A stretch of DNA of 64,000 bases, taken from contig DAOOKJ010000002.1 in assembly GCA_035385585.1 (NCBI GenBank), positions 595 to 64,594 on the forward strand, read 5' to 3'. Source of the stretch: Minisyncoccota bacterium. GTDB lineage: Bacteria > Patescibacteriota > Minisyncoccia > UBA6257. Positions within the stretch are counted from its first letter, which is position 1; each line of letters starts with the position of its first letter. The notes beneath the pieces are model-generated. The model had not been told where the DNA came from and did no database searches. It saw only the letters and a program-made list of their open reading frames with translations. Both the position numbers and the translations under genes were made by a program. Shown piece by piece: positions 55,388 to 64,000 of this stretch.

Positions 55388-57214
55388 ATGTCTATTTTTA
55401 AGTTAAAATCACCGTATAAACCAGCCAGCGGCCAACCTAAGGCTATAAAACAACTGGTAGAAGGAATAAAAAAGGGGTATCGCTTTCAAACCTTAATGGG
55501 AGTCACTGGTTCTGGAAAAACTTTTGTGATGGCTAATACTATTTCTCATTTTGACAAGCCAATTTTAGTAATTGCCCCGAACAAAGCCTTGGCTGCCCAA
55601 CTCTATCATGAGTACAAAACTTTTTTCCCGGCAAATTCGGTTAATTATTTTGTCTCTTATTATGATTATTACCAGCCAGAAGCATATCTGCCAATTACTG
55701 ATACTTATATTGAAAAAGAGGCCCTTATTAATGAACAAATAGATAAATTAAGGCATAAAGCAACGTCTGCTTTAATGACGCGGCGCGATGTCATTATCGT
55801 GGCTTCAGTTTCTTGCATTTATAACTTAGGAGTGCCTTTAAACTATTTTGCTTCTGCAATTCATTTGGAAATAGAAAAACCAATTACCCGCGGAGACCTA
55901 ATCAGGCAACTAATAAAAATCCAATTCACTCGCACCAATAGCGATTTGAAACCGGGTTATTTCAGAGTAAGAGGAGATGTTTTTGAAATTATGCCTATAA
56001 CAGGGGAGGTAATTTATTATGTTGAAATTAAAGACCAAAAAATTTATGAGATAAATCTACTTGCCCCCCTAACCAGAAAAATCATTGAGAAGTTAAAGGA
56101 AGCGGTGATTTTTCCAGTCAAACATTTTATTTCACTAGAACCTCAAAGAGAAAAAGCAATTGAAGAAATTAAAAAAGAACTAAAAGAAAGGTTAGATTAC
56201 TTTAATAAAAATAAACTTTATTTAGAGGCAGAAAGGTTGGAAAGAAGAACAAAGTACGACATTGAAATGATTAAGACTTTAGGCTATTGCCATGGCATTG
56301 AAAATTATTCAAGACATTTGACTGGCAAACTAATGGGCGACCCACCGGATACTTTGCTTTCATATTTTCCTTCTAAAAATGGCAAACCTGACTTCCTGAC
56401 AATTATTGACGAATCTCATATTTCTATTCCTCAAATCAGAGGAATGTATGAAGGTGACCGTTCAAGAAAAGAAATTTTAGTCCAATACGGCTGGCGTTTG
56501 CCATCTGCTTTAGATAACCGGCCTTTAAAATTTGAGGAGTTTTTGGAAAGAACTGAACAGATAATTTTTACTTCTGCCACTCCCGGCGATTTTGAACAAA
56601 AGAATTCTAAACAAATTGTAGAATTGATTATTAGGCCAACCGGCCTTGTTGATCCGCCAATTGAAGTCCGGCCAGTCTTTAACAAAGAAACTAATTACAG
56701 CCAAATTGATGATGTGGTAAAAGAATTAGAAATGATAGAAAAGAAAGGGGAACGAGCAATTGTCAATGTTTTGACTAAAAAAATGGCCGAAGAATTGACT
56801 GATTATCTTTTAAGAAAAAATATCAAGGCAAATTATCTGCATTCTGATATTAAAACTTTTCAGCGAGCGGAAATTTTAACCAAGTTCAGAGAAGGAGAAT
56901 TTAATGTTTTAGTCGGAGTCAACCTTTTAAGAGAAGGGCTTGATTTGCCTGAAGTCACTTTGGTGGCAATTTTAAATGCTGACCAAGAAGGATTTTTAAG
57001 AAGCGAATCTTCTTTAATTCAAACAATGGGAAGAACTGCCAGAAATATCAACGGCAAAGTTCTTCTTTATGCTGATAACTTAACCGGCTCAATTAGAAAA
57101 GCAGTTAAAGAAACTCAGAGGAGAAGAAAAATCCAATTGGCATACAATAAAAAACACCATATTACGCCGGAAAGCATCCATAAAAAAGTAGAGGAATTGA
57201 TTACTTTTGATTAA
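55388..57214 (+). CDS. uvrB: Excinuclease ABC subunit B (no C-terminal UVR domain)
   Basis: GVTGSGKT, YYDYYQPEAY, DESH, LLREGLDLPEV. Confidence 0.96.
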   Translation: MSIFKLKSPYKPASGQPKAIKQLVEGIKKGYRFQTLMGVTGSGKTFVMANTISHFDKPILVIAPNKALAAQLYHEYKTFFPANSVNYFVSYYDYYQPEAYLPITDTYIEKEALINEQIDKLRHKATSALMTRRDVIIVASVSCIYNLGVPLNYFASAIHLEIEKPITRGDLIRQLIKIQFTRTNSDLKPGYFRVRGDVFEIMPITGEVIYYVEIKDQKIYEINLLAPLTRKIIEKLKEAVIFPVKHFISLEPQREKAIEEIKKELKERLDYFNKNKLYLEAERLERRTKYDIEMIKTLGYCHGIENYSRHLTGKLMGDPPDTLLSYFPSKNGKPDFLTIIDESHISIPQIRGMYEGDRSRKEILVQYGWRLPSALDNRPLKFEEFLERTEQIIFTSATPGDFEQKNSKQIVELIIRPTGLVDPPIEVRPVFNKETNYSQIDDVVKELEMIEKKGERAIVNVLTKKMAEELTDYLLRKNIKANYLHSDIKTFQRAEILTKFREGEFNVLVGVNLLREGLDLPEVTLVAILNADQEGFLRSESSLIQTMGRTARNINGKVLLYADNLTGSIRKAVKETQRRRKIQLAYNKKHHITPESIHKKVEELITFD

Positions 57215-57219
57215 ATTCT

Positions 57220-59736
57220 ATGGAGGATGAAATAATTATTAAAGGAGCAAGAGTTCATAATCTAAAAAATATCAACTTAAGGTTGCCAAAAAATAAGTTG
57301 ATTGTTTTTAGCGGTGTATCTGGAAGCGGCAAGTCTTCTTTGGCTTTTGATACTATTTTTGCTGAAGGCCAGCGTCGTTATTTGGAATCTTTATCTCCTT
57401 ATGCGAGACAATTTTTGGGTCAAATGGACAAACCAGATGTTGATGAAATTTTGGGCCTTTCGCCGGCAATCGCCATTGACCAAAAAGCCCTTTCCCACAA
57501 TCCTCGCTCAACTGTCGGCACTCTAACAGAAATCTACGATTATTTAAGAGTGCTTTTTGCCAGAATGGGAGAAGTATTTTGTCCTTTATGCGGAGAGAAA
57601 ATTCAAAAACTCTCTTTAGATGAAATGACAGACATTATTAAAGAAAAGGCGAAAAGCGTAAAAAATAAAACTGTTACCGTTCTTTCACCTGTTATTCGCG
57701 GCAGGAAAGGGGAGTATTATCAAATGCTTTATGACTTTCTATCATTAGGTTATTCATTTGCTTACATTGATTCAAAAAAATATTCTCTTCATGATAAAAT
57801 TGAACTGTCGCGTTATAAAAATCACACTATTGAAATTGTCATTGACACTGTCTCAATTGACGATGAATCGCGACTTTTTGAAGCAATAGAAAACGCGGTA
57901 AATTATAGCAAAGGTTTGGTGAAAGTAACTTTTGAAAAAGAAAAACCGCCTCAGAAAATAAAAGAAACTCTTCTTTTATCAAGCCTCTGGACTTGTCCCG
58001 AAGATAATTTTGCTTTTCCCGAAGTTGAACCACGCCTTTTTTCCTTTAACAGTCCTTATGGCGCCTGTCCTGCTTGCCATGGTTTGGGAAAAGAAGATAT
58101 TTTTACCAATGAAATCTGCCCAGTTTGCAAAGGAAAAAGATTAAAGCCAGAAGCTTTAGTCGTAAAAATCAATGGCAAGAATATTTGTGAATTAACCAAC
58201 TTATCAATTGACCAACTCTATTTATTTTTTAATAAATACGAAGCAAATTTAAAAGAAAAAGAAAAAATTATTTCTGCTGATTTAATTAAAACGATTAAAG
58301 AAAGATTAAAATTTTTAAGCGAAGTCGGGCTTTCTTATTTAAGTTTAAACCGGGAAGCAGAAACGCTTTCTGGCGGAGAAGCCCAAAGAATCAGATTGGC
58401 TTCCCAAATTGGCTCTCAACTTTCAAATGCTCTATATGTTTTGGACGAGCCAACAATAGGCCTTCATGAAAGAGATACTGACAAATTAATTAAAATTTTA
58501 GAAACTCTTAAAAAAAGAAACAATACTATTATTGTCGTTGAACACGATGAAAAAACAATTTATTCTTCGGATTATTTAGTAGATTTGGGGCCGGGAGCAG
58601 GAATTGAAGGCGGTTATATTACGGCAAGCGGTAAAACAGAAGAATTAATCGAAAACGAAAAGAAATACCAATCTTTAACTTTAGATTATTTAAGGGATAA
58701 AAGAACAGTCTTTGTTCAGAATCCTTTAAGGGGGCAATTGACAGAGAAACTTAAAATAATCGGCGCCAAGGCGAATAATTTAAAAAATATTAACGTTGAA
58801 ATTCCTTTAAGAAAATTAGTAGTTGTCACTGGCGTTTCTGGCAGCGGAAAATCATCTTTAATTTATGATGTCTTGTATAAAAATCTTGTTAATCTTATTT
58901 ATCGCCTTCCTCAGGATTTAAAAAATGTTTCAAAAATTTTAGGCAGTGAATACTTAGACAGGGTAGTAATGGTTACTCAGGCGCCGATTGGCCGAACTCC
59001 GCGTTCAAATCCCGCTACTTATACGGGAATTTTTACTCCAATTCGCGAATTTTACGCTTCTTTGGAAGAAGCCAGACAAAGAGGCTATCATGCCTCACGA
59101 TTTTCATTTAATGTTAAAGGCGGCCGTTGCGAAGCCTGCGAAGGAGCAGGCTACAAATTAATTGAAATGCATTTCCTGCCGCCTATTCTGGTGGAATGTG
59201 AAGTTTGCCACGGAAAAAGATTTAATCGGGAAACCTTACAAGTAAAATATCAGGGAAAAAATATTAGCGAAGTGTTAGAGTTAACAGTAGAGGAAGCGCT
59301 TAAATTTTTTGAAGGAATTTATCCTATTACCGAAAAATTACAAGTTTTGAAAGAAGTCGGCTTGGGTTACATTAAATTGGGACAATCAGCCACTACTCTT
59401 TCTGGCGGAGAAGCCCAAAGAATTAAATTGGCGCGCGAACTTACCCATCCATTAGGAAGAAGAGTGCTTTATCTTTTAGATGAACCGACAGTCGGTCTTC
59501 ATTACTATGACATAGAAATGCTTCTCAAAGTTTTAATAAAATTGATTGAAAAAGGAAATTCAGTAGTTATGATTGAGCATAATATGCATGTAATTAAATG
59601 CGCGGATTATATTGTTGATTTGGGACCAGAGGGCGGTGAAAAAGGAGGAAAATTAATTATTGAAGGAACTCCCCAGGAGATTGTAAAGACAAAAAACTCT
59701 TATACTGGTCAGTATCTGAAACATTACTTAAAATAA
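57220..59736 (+). CDS. uvrA: Excinuclease ABC subunit A (short)
   Basis: Two GVSGSGKSS, two LSGGEAQRI, Zn fingers. Confidence 0.96.
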   Translation: MEDEIIIKGARVHNLKNINLRLPKNKLIVFSGVSGSGKSSLAFDTIFAEGQRRYLESLSPYARQFLGQMDKPDVDEILGLSPAIAIDQKALSHNPRSTVGTLTEIYDYLRVLFARMGEVFCPLCGEKIQKLSLDEMTDIIKEKAKSVKNKTVTVLSPVIRGRKGEYYQMLYDFLSLGYSFAYIDSKKYSLHDKIELSRYKNHTIEIVIDTVSIDDESRLFEAIENAVNYSKGLVKVTFEKEKPPQKIKETLLLSSLWTCPEDNFAFPEVEPRLFSFNSPYGACPACHGLGKEDIFTNEICPVCKGKRLKPEALVVKINGKNICELTNLSIDQLYLFFNKYEANLKEKEKIISADLIKTIKERLKFLSEVGLSYLSLNREAETLSGGEAQRIRLASQIGSQLSNALYVLDEPTIGLHERDTDKLIKILETLKKRNNTIIVVEHDEKTIYSSDYLVDLGPGAGIEGGYITASGKTEELIENEKKYQSLTLDYLRDKRTVFVQNPLRGQLTEKLKIIGAKANNLKNINVEIPLRKLVVVTGVSGSGKSSLIYDVLYKNLVNLIYRLPQDLKNVSKILGSEYLDRVVMVTQAPIGRTPRSNPATYTGIFTPIREFYASLEEARQRGYHASRFSFNVKGGRCEACEGAGYKLIEMHFLPPILVECEVCHGKRFNRETLQVKYQGKNISEVLELTVEEALKFFEGIYPITEKLQVLKEVGLGYIKLGQSATTLSGGEAQRIKLARELTHPLGRRVLYLLDEPTVGLHYYDIEMLLKVLIKLIEKGNSVVMIEHNMHVIKCADYIVDLGPEGGEKGGKLIIEGTPQEIVKTKNSYTGQYLKHYLK

Positions 59737-59742
59737 TTTCTT

Positions 59743-60936
59743 ATGGCATCTCTCAAAGAACAAGTTAAAAAATTTCCAAAATCAAGCGGCGTTTATCTCT
59801 TTTTGGATAAAAACGGCAAAGTGCTATACGTCGGCCGGGCAACCTCTTTAAGAAAAAGAGTTCTAAATTACTTTGAAAAAGGATTGGAGCCAAGAATTTC
59901 TGAAATGGTCGGACTGGCGAAAAAGGTCAACTGTATTAAAACTAACAACCTTTTAGAGGCAGTAATTTTAGAAGCAAATTTAATCAAAAAATATTGGCCA
60001 AAATATAATATTAAAGAAAAAGACAACCGCTCTTTTATTTATCTGGTGATTTCTAAAAAAGACTTTACTTATCCAATTATTGCCAGAGGCCAGGAACTAA
60101 AAAAATTTCCGGCGGAAAAAGCGGAAATCTTCGGCCCTTATCAAAGTTTAACTATCGTTAATAATGCTTTAAAAATTTTGCGGCGTTTTTTCCCTTATAG
60201 CACCTGTAAAATTAATTCTGGCAAACCTTGTTTTAATTACCAAATAGGACTCTGTCCCGGCGCCTGTATTGGCGCCATCTCAAAAGAAGATTATCAAAAA
60301 AACATAAATAATTTGATTCTCTTTTTAAAAGGCGAAAATAAAAAACTTTTTAAAATTATTGCCAAAGAAAATCCGGAAAAACTGAAAGCATTAAAGCATA
60401 TTCAGGACGCGGCTTTAATTTCAAAAGAAGATTATTATTTAAAGCAAAACCTTTATCGGATTGAAGGCTATGACATTTCTTATTTTCAAGGGAAAATTCC
60501 TTATGGTTCAATGGCAGTTTTTATAAATTCAAAAAAATCGCCTTCTGACTATCGAATTTTTAAAATCAAAGAGGCGCAGCCAAAAAATGACCTAGAGGCT
60601 TTAGCCGAAGTTATCAGAAGAAGATTGAAACATTCGGAATGGAGATTGCCGGATTTAATTGTGATTGACGGCGGGAAACCTCAAGTAGATTATTTGTCAA
60701 AACTATTTAAACAATTACAAGTAAAAATTCCTTTTGTTGGGATTTCAAAATACCGAAACGACAAGTCCCACAACTTTTCTGCGAGAAGTCAGGACAAGTT
60801 TGTTTTTCCAAAAAATACAAAGACCACGGTTAAAAATTTAATTGAAAGTCAAAAAAACACTTTGCTAAAGGTGCGAGATGAAGCCCATCGTTTTGCGCTA
60901 AAATTTTCCAGAAAAACCATTAACTTGAAAAAATGA
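59743..60936 (+). CDS. uvrC: Excinuclease ABC subunit C (short)
   Basis: GVY..YVG, Cys cluster, IEGYDIS, IDGGKPQ, RDEAHRFA; ends before the HhH domain. Confidence 0.9.
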   Translation: MASLKEQVKKFPKSSGVYLFLDKNGKVLYVGRATSLRKRVLNYFEKGLEPRISEMVGLAKKVNCIKTNNLLEAVILEANLIKKYWPKYNIKEKDNRSFIYLVISKKDFTYPIIARGQELKKFPAEKAEIFGPYQSLTIVNNALKILRRFFPYSTCKINSGKPCFNYQIGLCPGACIGAISKEDYQKNINNLILFLKGENKKLFKIIAKENPEKLKALKHIQDAALISKEDYYLKQNLYRIEGYDISYFQGKIPYGSMAVFINSKKSPSDYRIFKIKEAQPKNDLEALAEVIRRRLKHSEWRLPDLIVIDGGKPQVDYLSKLFKQLQVKIPFVGISKYRNDKSHNFSARSQDKFVFPKNTKTTVKNLIESQKNTLLKVRDEAHRFALKFSRKTINLKK

Positions 60937-60966
60937 AATAAAAATCAAAGAAATTTGTATAATTAT

Positions 60967-61560
60967 ATGAAGGCAAATAGCAATTTTCCCCAAAAAGAAG
61001 CCATTTCTGATGAACAAATCGCCACTAGCGTTCAGAAAGGAAATTTAGAAGATTTCGGTGAATTAGTACTAAGATATGGTAAGAAAATCCAGAACTATCT
61101 TTTTAGATTTATTCAAACTAAAGAGGAAGTAGAAGACTTAACTCAGGACATTTTTTTAAAGGCCTATTCAAATATTTTAAGTTTCAATCCAAAGAAAAAA
61201 TTCACTCCCTGGCTTTATCAAATAGCCCACAATGAGTTAGTCAATTATTTAAGAAAAAAACATTATCTTTCAACAAAATTTATCAATTTAGATTTAGATA
61301 TTTTGGCCGCGAAAAGTGTATCGAAAAATGACATTCTAAAAGATTTAGAAAACAATTTAAAATTTGAATTAATAGACAAAAACCTGAATAAATTAAATTT
61401 TAAATATCGCCAGCCATTTGTTTTGTTTTTCTATGAGAATCTTTCTTATCAGGAAATTTCCGACATCTTAAAAATACCTATCTCCACTGTTGGAACCAGA
61501 ATCAAAAGAGCAAAAGAAATTATAAAAAAATCCGTTAATAATTCAGAATCTTTTTATTAA
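60967..61560 (+). CDS. ECF RNA polymerase sigma factor
   Basis: EDLTQDIFLKAY, FTPWLYQIAHN, LSYQEISDILKIPISTVGTRIKRA. Confidence 0.92.
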   Translation: MKANSNFPQKEAISDEQIATSVQKGNLEDFGELVLRYGKKIQNYLFRFIQTKEEVEDLTQDIFLKAYSNILSFNPKKKFTPWLYQIAHNELVNYLRKKHYLSTKFINLDLDILAAKSVSKNDILKDLENNLKFELIDKNLNKLNFKYRQPFVLFFYENLSYQEISDILKIPISTVGTRIKRAKEIIKKSVNNSESFY

Positions 61561-61564
61561 ATTT

Positions 61565-62338
61565 ATGGAAAAAGAAGAGACTGAAAAAAAAGAGACTAAT
61601 AACACCCCAAAATTGAAAGAAACAATTCTTGCTCAAATTAAAAATGGGAAAGTAAAAATAAAATCTAAATTTTCTTTTATTTTAAAAGACATCCTTCTAA
61701 TAGCGGGCATAATCGCTTTAATTCTTTTGGCGTGGTTTATTTTAAGTTTTGTTTTCTTTGTTTTAAAAGTTAAAGGGTTATCTTTTCTTCCCCAGATAGG
61801 CCTAATCGGCTTAAAAATATTTCTGATAAATCTTCCTTGGCTATTAATTCTTATTGTTTTGTTAATTCTAATAGTCTTGGAATTATTTGCCAAAAATTTG
61901 GCAGTGGTTTACCGAAAGCCGCTCCTTATTTCTTTTTTCGTGCTCTTTGGCTTAATTTTGATTGGCAGTCTAATTCTAAACAGAACATCCCTTCATCCTC
62001 GCTTTTTTTCTCAGTCTAAAAAGCAGATGCCCCCGCCAGTTTATGGTTATTTTTATAGAAGAATCGGACCCCAAAAACCTCCGCCTTATTTTCAATCCTT
62101 TGTCTGGCGTGGTAATATAAAAGAACTCACAAACAAAGGATTTATCTTGGAAACTTATTTTGGCGAAATATTGGAAGTTCAAACCTCTACTTTAAAGAAA
62201 CCTTTGGCCGAACCTTTAAAAATAGGGGATTCAGTGGCAGTAATTGGAAAAAAGAAAGGAACCATTATTGAAGCGGAAAAAATTTTAAAAACCGAAGATA
62301 TTTTTAGAAAACCTCTCCCAGAAAATAAAAAAATTTAA
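61565..62338 (+). CDS. Multi-TM protein downstream of the ECF sigma (possible anti-sigma) with C-terminal OB-like domain
   Basis: Three TM segments; LKIGDSVAVIG..IEAEKI tail. Confidence 0.65.
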   Translation: MEKEETEKKETNNTPKLKETILAQIKNGKVKIKSKFSFILKDILLIAGIIALILLAWFILSFVFFVLKVKGLSFLPQIGLIGLKIFLINLPWLLILIVLLILIVLELFAKNLAVVYRKPLLISFFVLFGLILIGSLILNRTSLHPRFFSQSKKQMPPPVYGYFYRRIGPQKPPPYFQSFVWRGNIKELTNKGFILETYFGEILEVQTSTLKKPLAEPLKIGDSVAVIGKKKGTIIEAEKILKTEDIFRKPLPENKKI

Positions 62339-62349
62339 TAATTAAACTT

Positions 62350-64000
62350 ATGGCTCATAATTCTTCAAACTTCATAAAAAAATTAGCGAAAAACAAAATT
62401 TTCATTTTTGCTTTAGTCGTCATAGTTATCCTTGGCGGTTATTTTATCTATAAAAAAACTGCTAATAAGGAGGAAACTAAATATATCATCGGTCAAGTTT
62501 CCAAAGGAACAATCAACAAAATCGTTTCTGGCAGCGGTTATATAACCATTCCTGACCAATTAGATGTCAAATCCAAAATCGGGGGAGAGGTCGTTTATAT
62601 TAACGTTCAAAACAATTCTTTTGTTAGCGCCGGAACAACAATTTTAAAAATAGATTCAAAAAATTACGAGAAACAGGTTGATGACGCTCAATTCAGTTTA
62701 GAAATGGCTCAAATGTCTCTTGAAAAATTAATCTCTCAAAAAGAACAAACAACAAATGACTTAAATAAAGCCTACGAAGATGCTTTCCAGAATCTCTCCA
62801 CAATTTATGGCGCTCTTCCTTCCTTGATAACCAATATTAAAGAGATTTTTGAATCGGAAACAAAAAGAGAAATAAACCTAAAAGATTTGGATTTTTACAG
62901 CCAGGTTGTCGGCTTCTACAATAATTTGCCTTATACTCAAAATCAACAAATAGATTCTTTTAAAAAACTTTTGAATGAATATTATGATTTATTCAGAAAA
63001 TATCAATTATTGAAACTGCCCGTAGAGCATAACGATTTTGACAATTTTCTAAATTCTACTTACTACACCATTAAAAATTTATTTGATTTAATCAGGAACA
63101 ACCGTGATATTGTTCTCTCTTATAAAGATTTACACGACAATCATTCAATTTTTACCGACATTCCGATGGCCATTACCAATTCCCAGCTTGACTCCTTATC
63201 ACAAGCCACAGCGAGTTTAAACCAATACATAAACACCATTACTTCAAATAAAAATACAATTGATAAATACAAAACTACCCTTAAAAATTACGAACAGGAT
63301 ATTAAAAACCAAGAGTATTCAATTAAGCAAAAAGAAAATGCCCTGAAAGAAGCCAAAGATAATCTTGAAAATTGTTATGTGAGAGCGCCTTTAAGCGGAA
63401 CCCTGACAAATTTTGAAATTAAAAAGGGCGATCTAATTTCTAGTAATACCACTATCGGGACTTTAATTACCAAAAATAAAGTGGCAGAAATTACCTTAAC
63501 AGAAATAGACGCGGCTTTGGTGAAAGAAGGACAATCAGTCACTCTTACTTTTGACGCTTTGCCAGAAGTAATTTTAAAAGGTCGGGTAACTGAAGTTGGG
63601 TTATTAGGCCAGACATCGCAGGGAGTAGTTTCTTATCCAGTTAAGATTTCCATTGAATCTTCGCCTGATTTAGAAAAAGTAAAAGCCTCAATGACAGTTG
63701 ATGCCAATATCATCGTAGAAGGGAAAAGTAATATTTTAACTATTCCCCTTACCGCTCTCAAAACAAAAAATGGAAAAAGTTTTGTTGAAATCCCTGATGA
63801 AGCAGATTTAACTTTAATAAAATCGCAAACATCAACCAATCAAAAACAACGCCCACAAAAAACAGTTACTTTAAAGTTGCCGCCTAAAGAAAAATTTGTT
63901 GAAACTGGAATAAGCGATGAAGAAAATATAGAAATAACCTCTGGCTTAAATGAAGGAGATTATATCATTATTCAAACTATCACTCCAAATCAAAACACTT
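62350..64000 (+). CDS. Efflux periplasmic adaptor (HlyD/MacA-like), runs off the window; absent from the ORF track
   Basis: ATG at 62350, TM helix, VSGSG, VKSKIGGEV lipoyl half, long coiled coil, VRAPLSG, LTFDALP, VETGISD. Confidence 0.88.
   Translation, partial: MAHNSSNFIKKLAKNKIFIFALVVIVILGGYFIYKKTANKEETKYIIGQVSKGTINKIVSGSGYITIPDQLDVKSKIGGEVVYINVQNNSFVSAGTTILKIDSKNYEKQVDDAQFSLEMAQMSLEKLISQKEQTTNDLNKAYEDAFQNLSTIYGALPSLITNIKEIFESETKREINLKDLDFYSQVVGFYNNLPYTQNQQIDSFKKLLNEYYDLFRKYQLLKLPVEHNDFDNFLNSTYYTIKNLFDLIRNNRDIVLSYKDLHDNHSIFTDIPMAITNSQLDSLSQATASLNQYINTITSNKNTIDKYKTTLKNYEQDIKNQEYSIKQKENALKEAKDNLENCYVRAPLSGTLTNFEIKKGDLISSNTTIGTLITKNKVAEITLTEIDAALVKEGQSVTLTFDALPEVILKGRVTEVGLLGQTSQGVVSYPVKISIESSPDLEKVKASMTVDANIIVEGKSNILTIPLTALKTKNGKSFVEIPDEADLTLIKSQTSTNQKQRPQKTVTLKLPPKEKFVETGISDEENIEITSGLNEGDYIIIQTITPNQNT

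Noticed and set aside
1629-63839. Short antisense or alternate-frame ORFs in the track (e.g. 10169, 17843, 25133, 32050, 44811, 63633)
   Set aside because: They overlap well-supported genes and have no motifs; treated as shadow ORFs.
1-64000. Alternative genetic code (TGA=Gly, as in Gracilibacteria)
   Set aside because: Core genes are full length under code 11, and some end in TGA (serS, uvrC).

Overview
AT-rich chromosomal segment, code 11, most likely from a Patescibacteria/CPR (Parcubacteria-like) bacterium. This is inferred from the type IV pilus locus with CPR-style pilins, two mreB genes, a stand-alone VirD4-like ATPase, a LexA-methylase fusion, reduced uvr genes and SD-less core genes. 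1-8.2 kb is a pilus cluster with an embedded four-helix-bundle gene and heptamer arrays. 8.4-32.7 kb holds housekeeping genes (folD, mreB x2, mreCD-mrdA, holB, frr, proS, greA, lysS, serS, dnaX, dcd) plus tRNA-Gln and tRNA-Asn. About 32.7-47.7 kb is an accessory region downstream of tRNA-Asn. 47.7-64 kb carries cell-wall genes, uvrBAC, an ECF sigma factor and an efflux adaptor. Main observations: (1) tRNA-Asn looks like a serial integration hotspot, with a recombinase-like C-terminal remnant reading into the antisense tRNA and four equally registered att-like scars that divide the accessory region into stacked islets. (2) Four orphan-gene cassettes share a sigma70 promoter, a boxA-like motif, a strong SD and a terminator. 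(3) A four-helix-bundle gene sits between inverted 7-bp arrays, and such arrays also encode all four pilin leader peptides. (4) A C-protein/GIY-YIG/LexA-Dam-like fusion module. (5) A PPDK-derived dikinase with an unrecognised acceptor domain. All family assignments come from motif recognition by eye; no searches were run.
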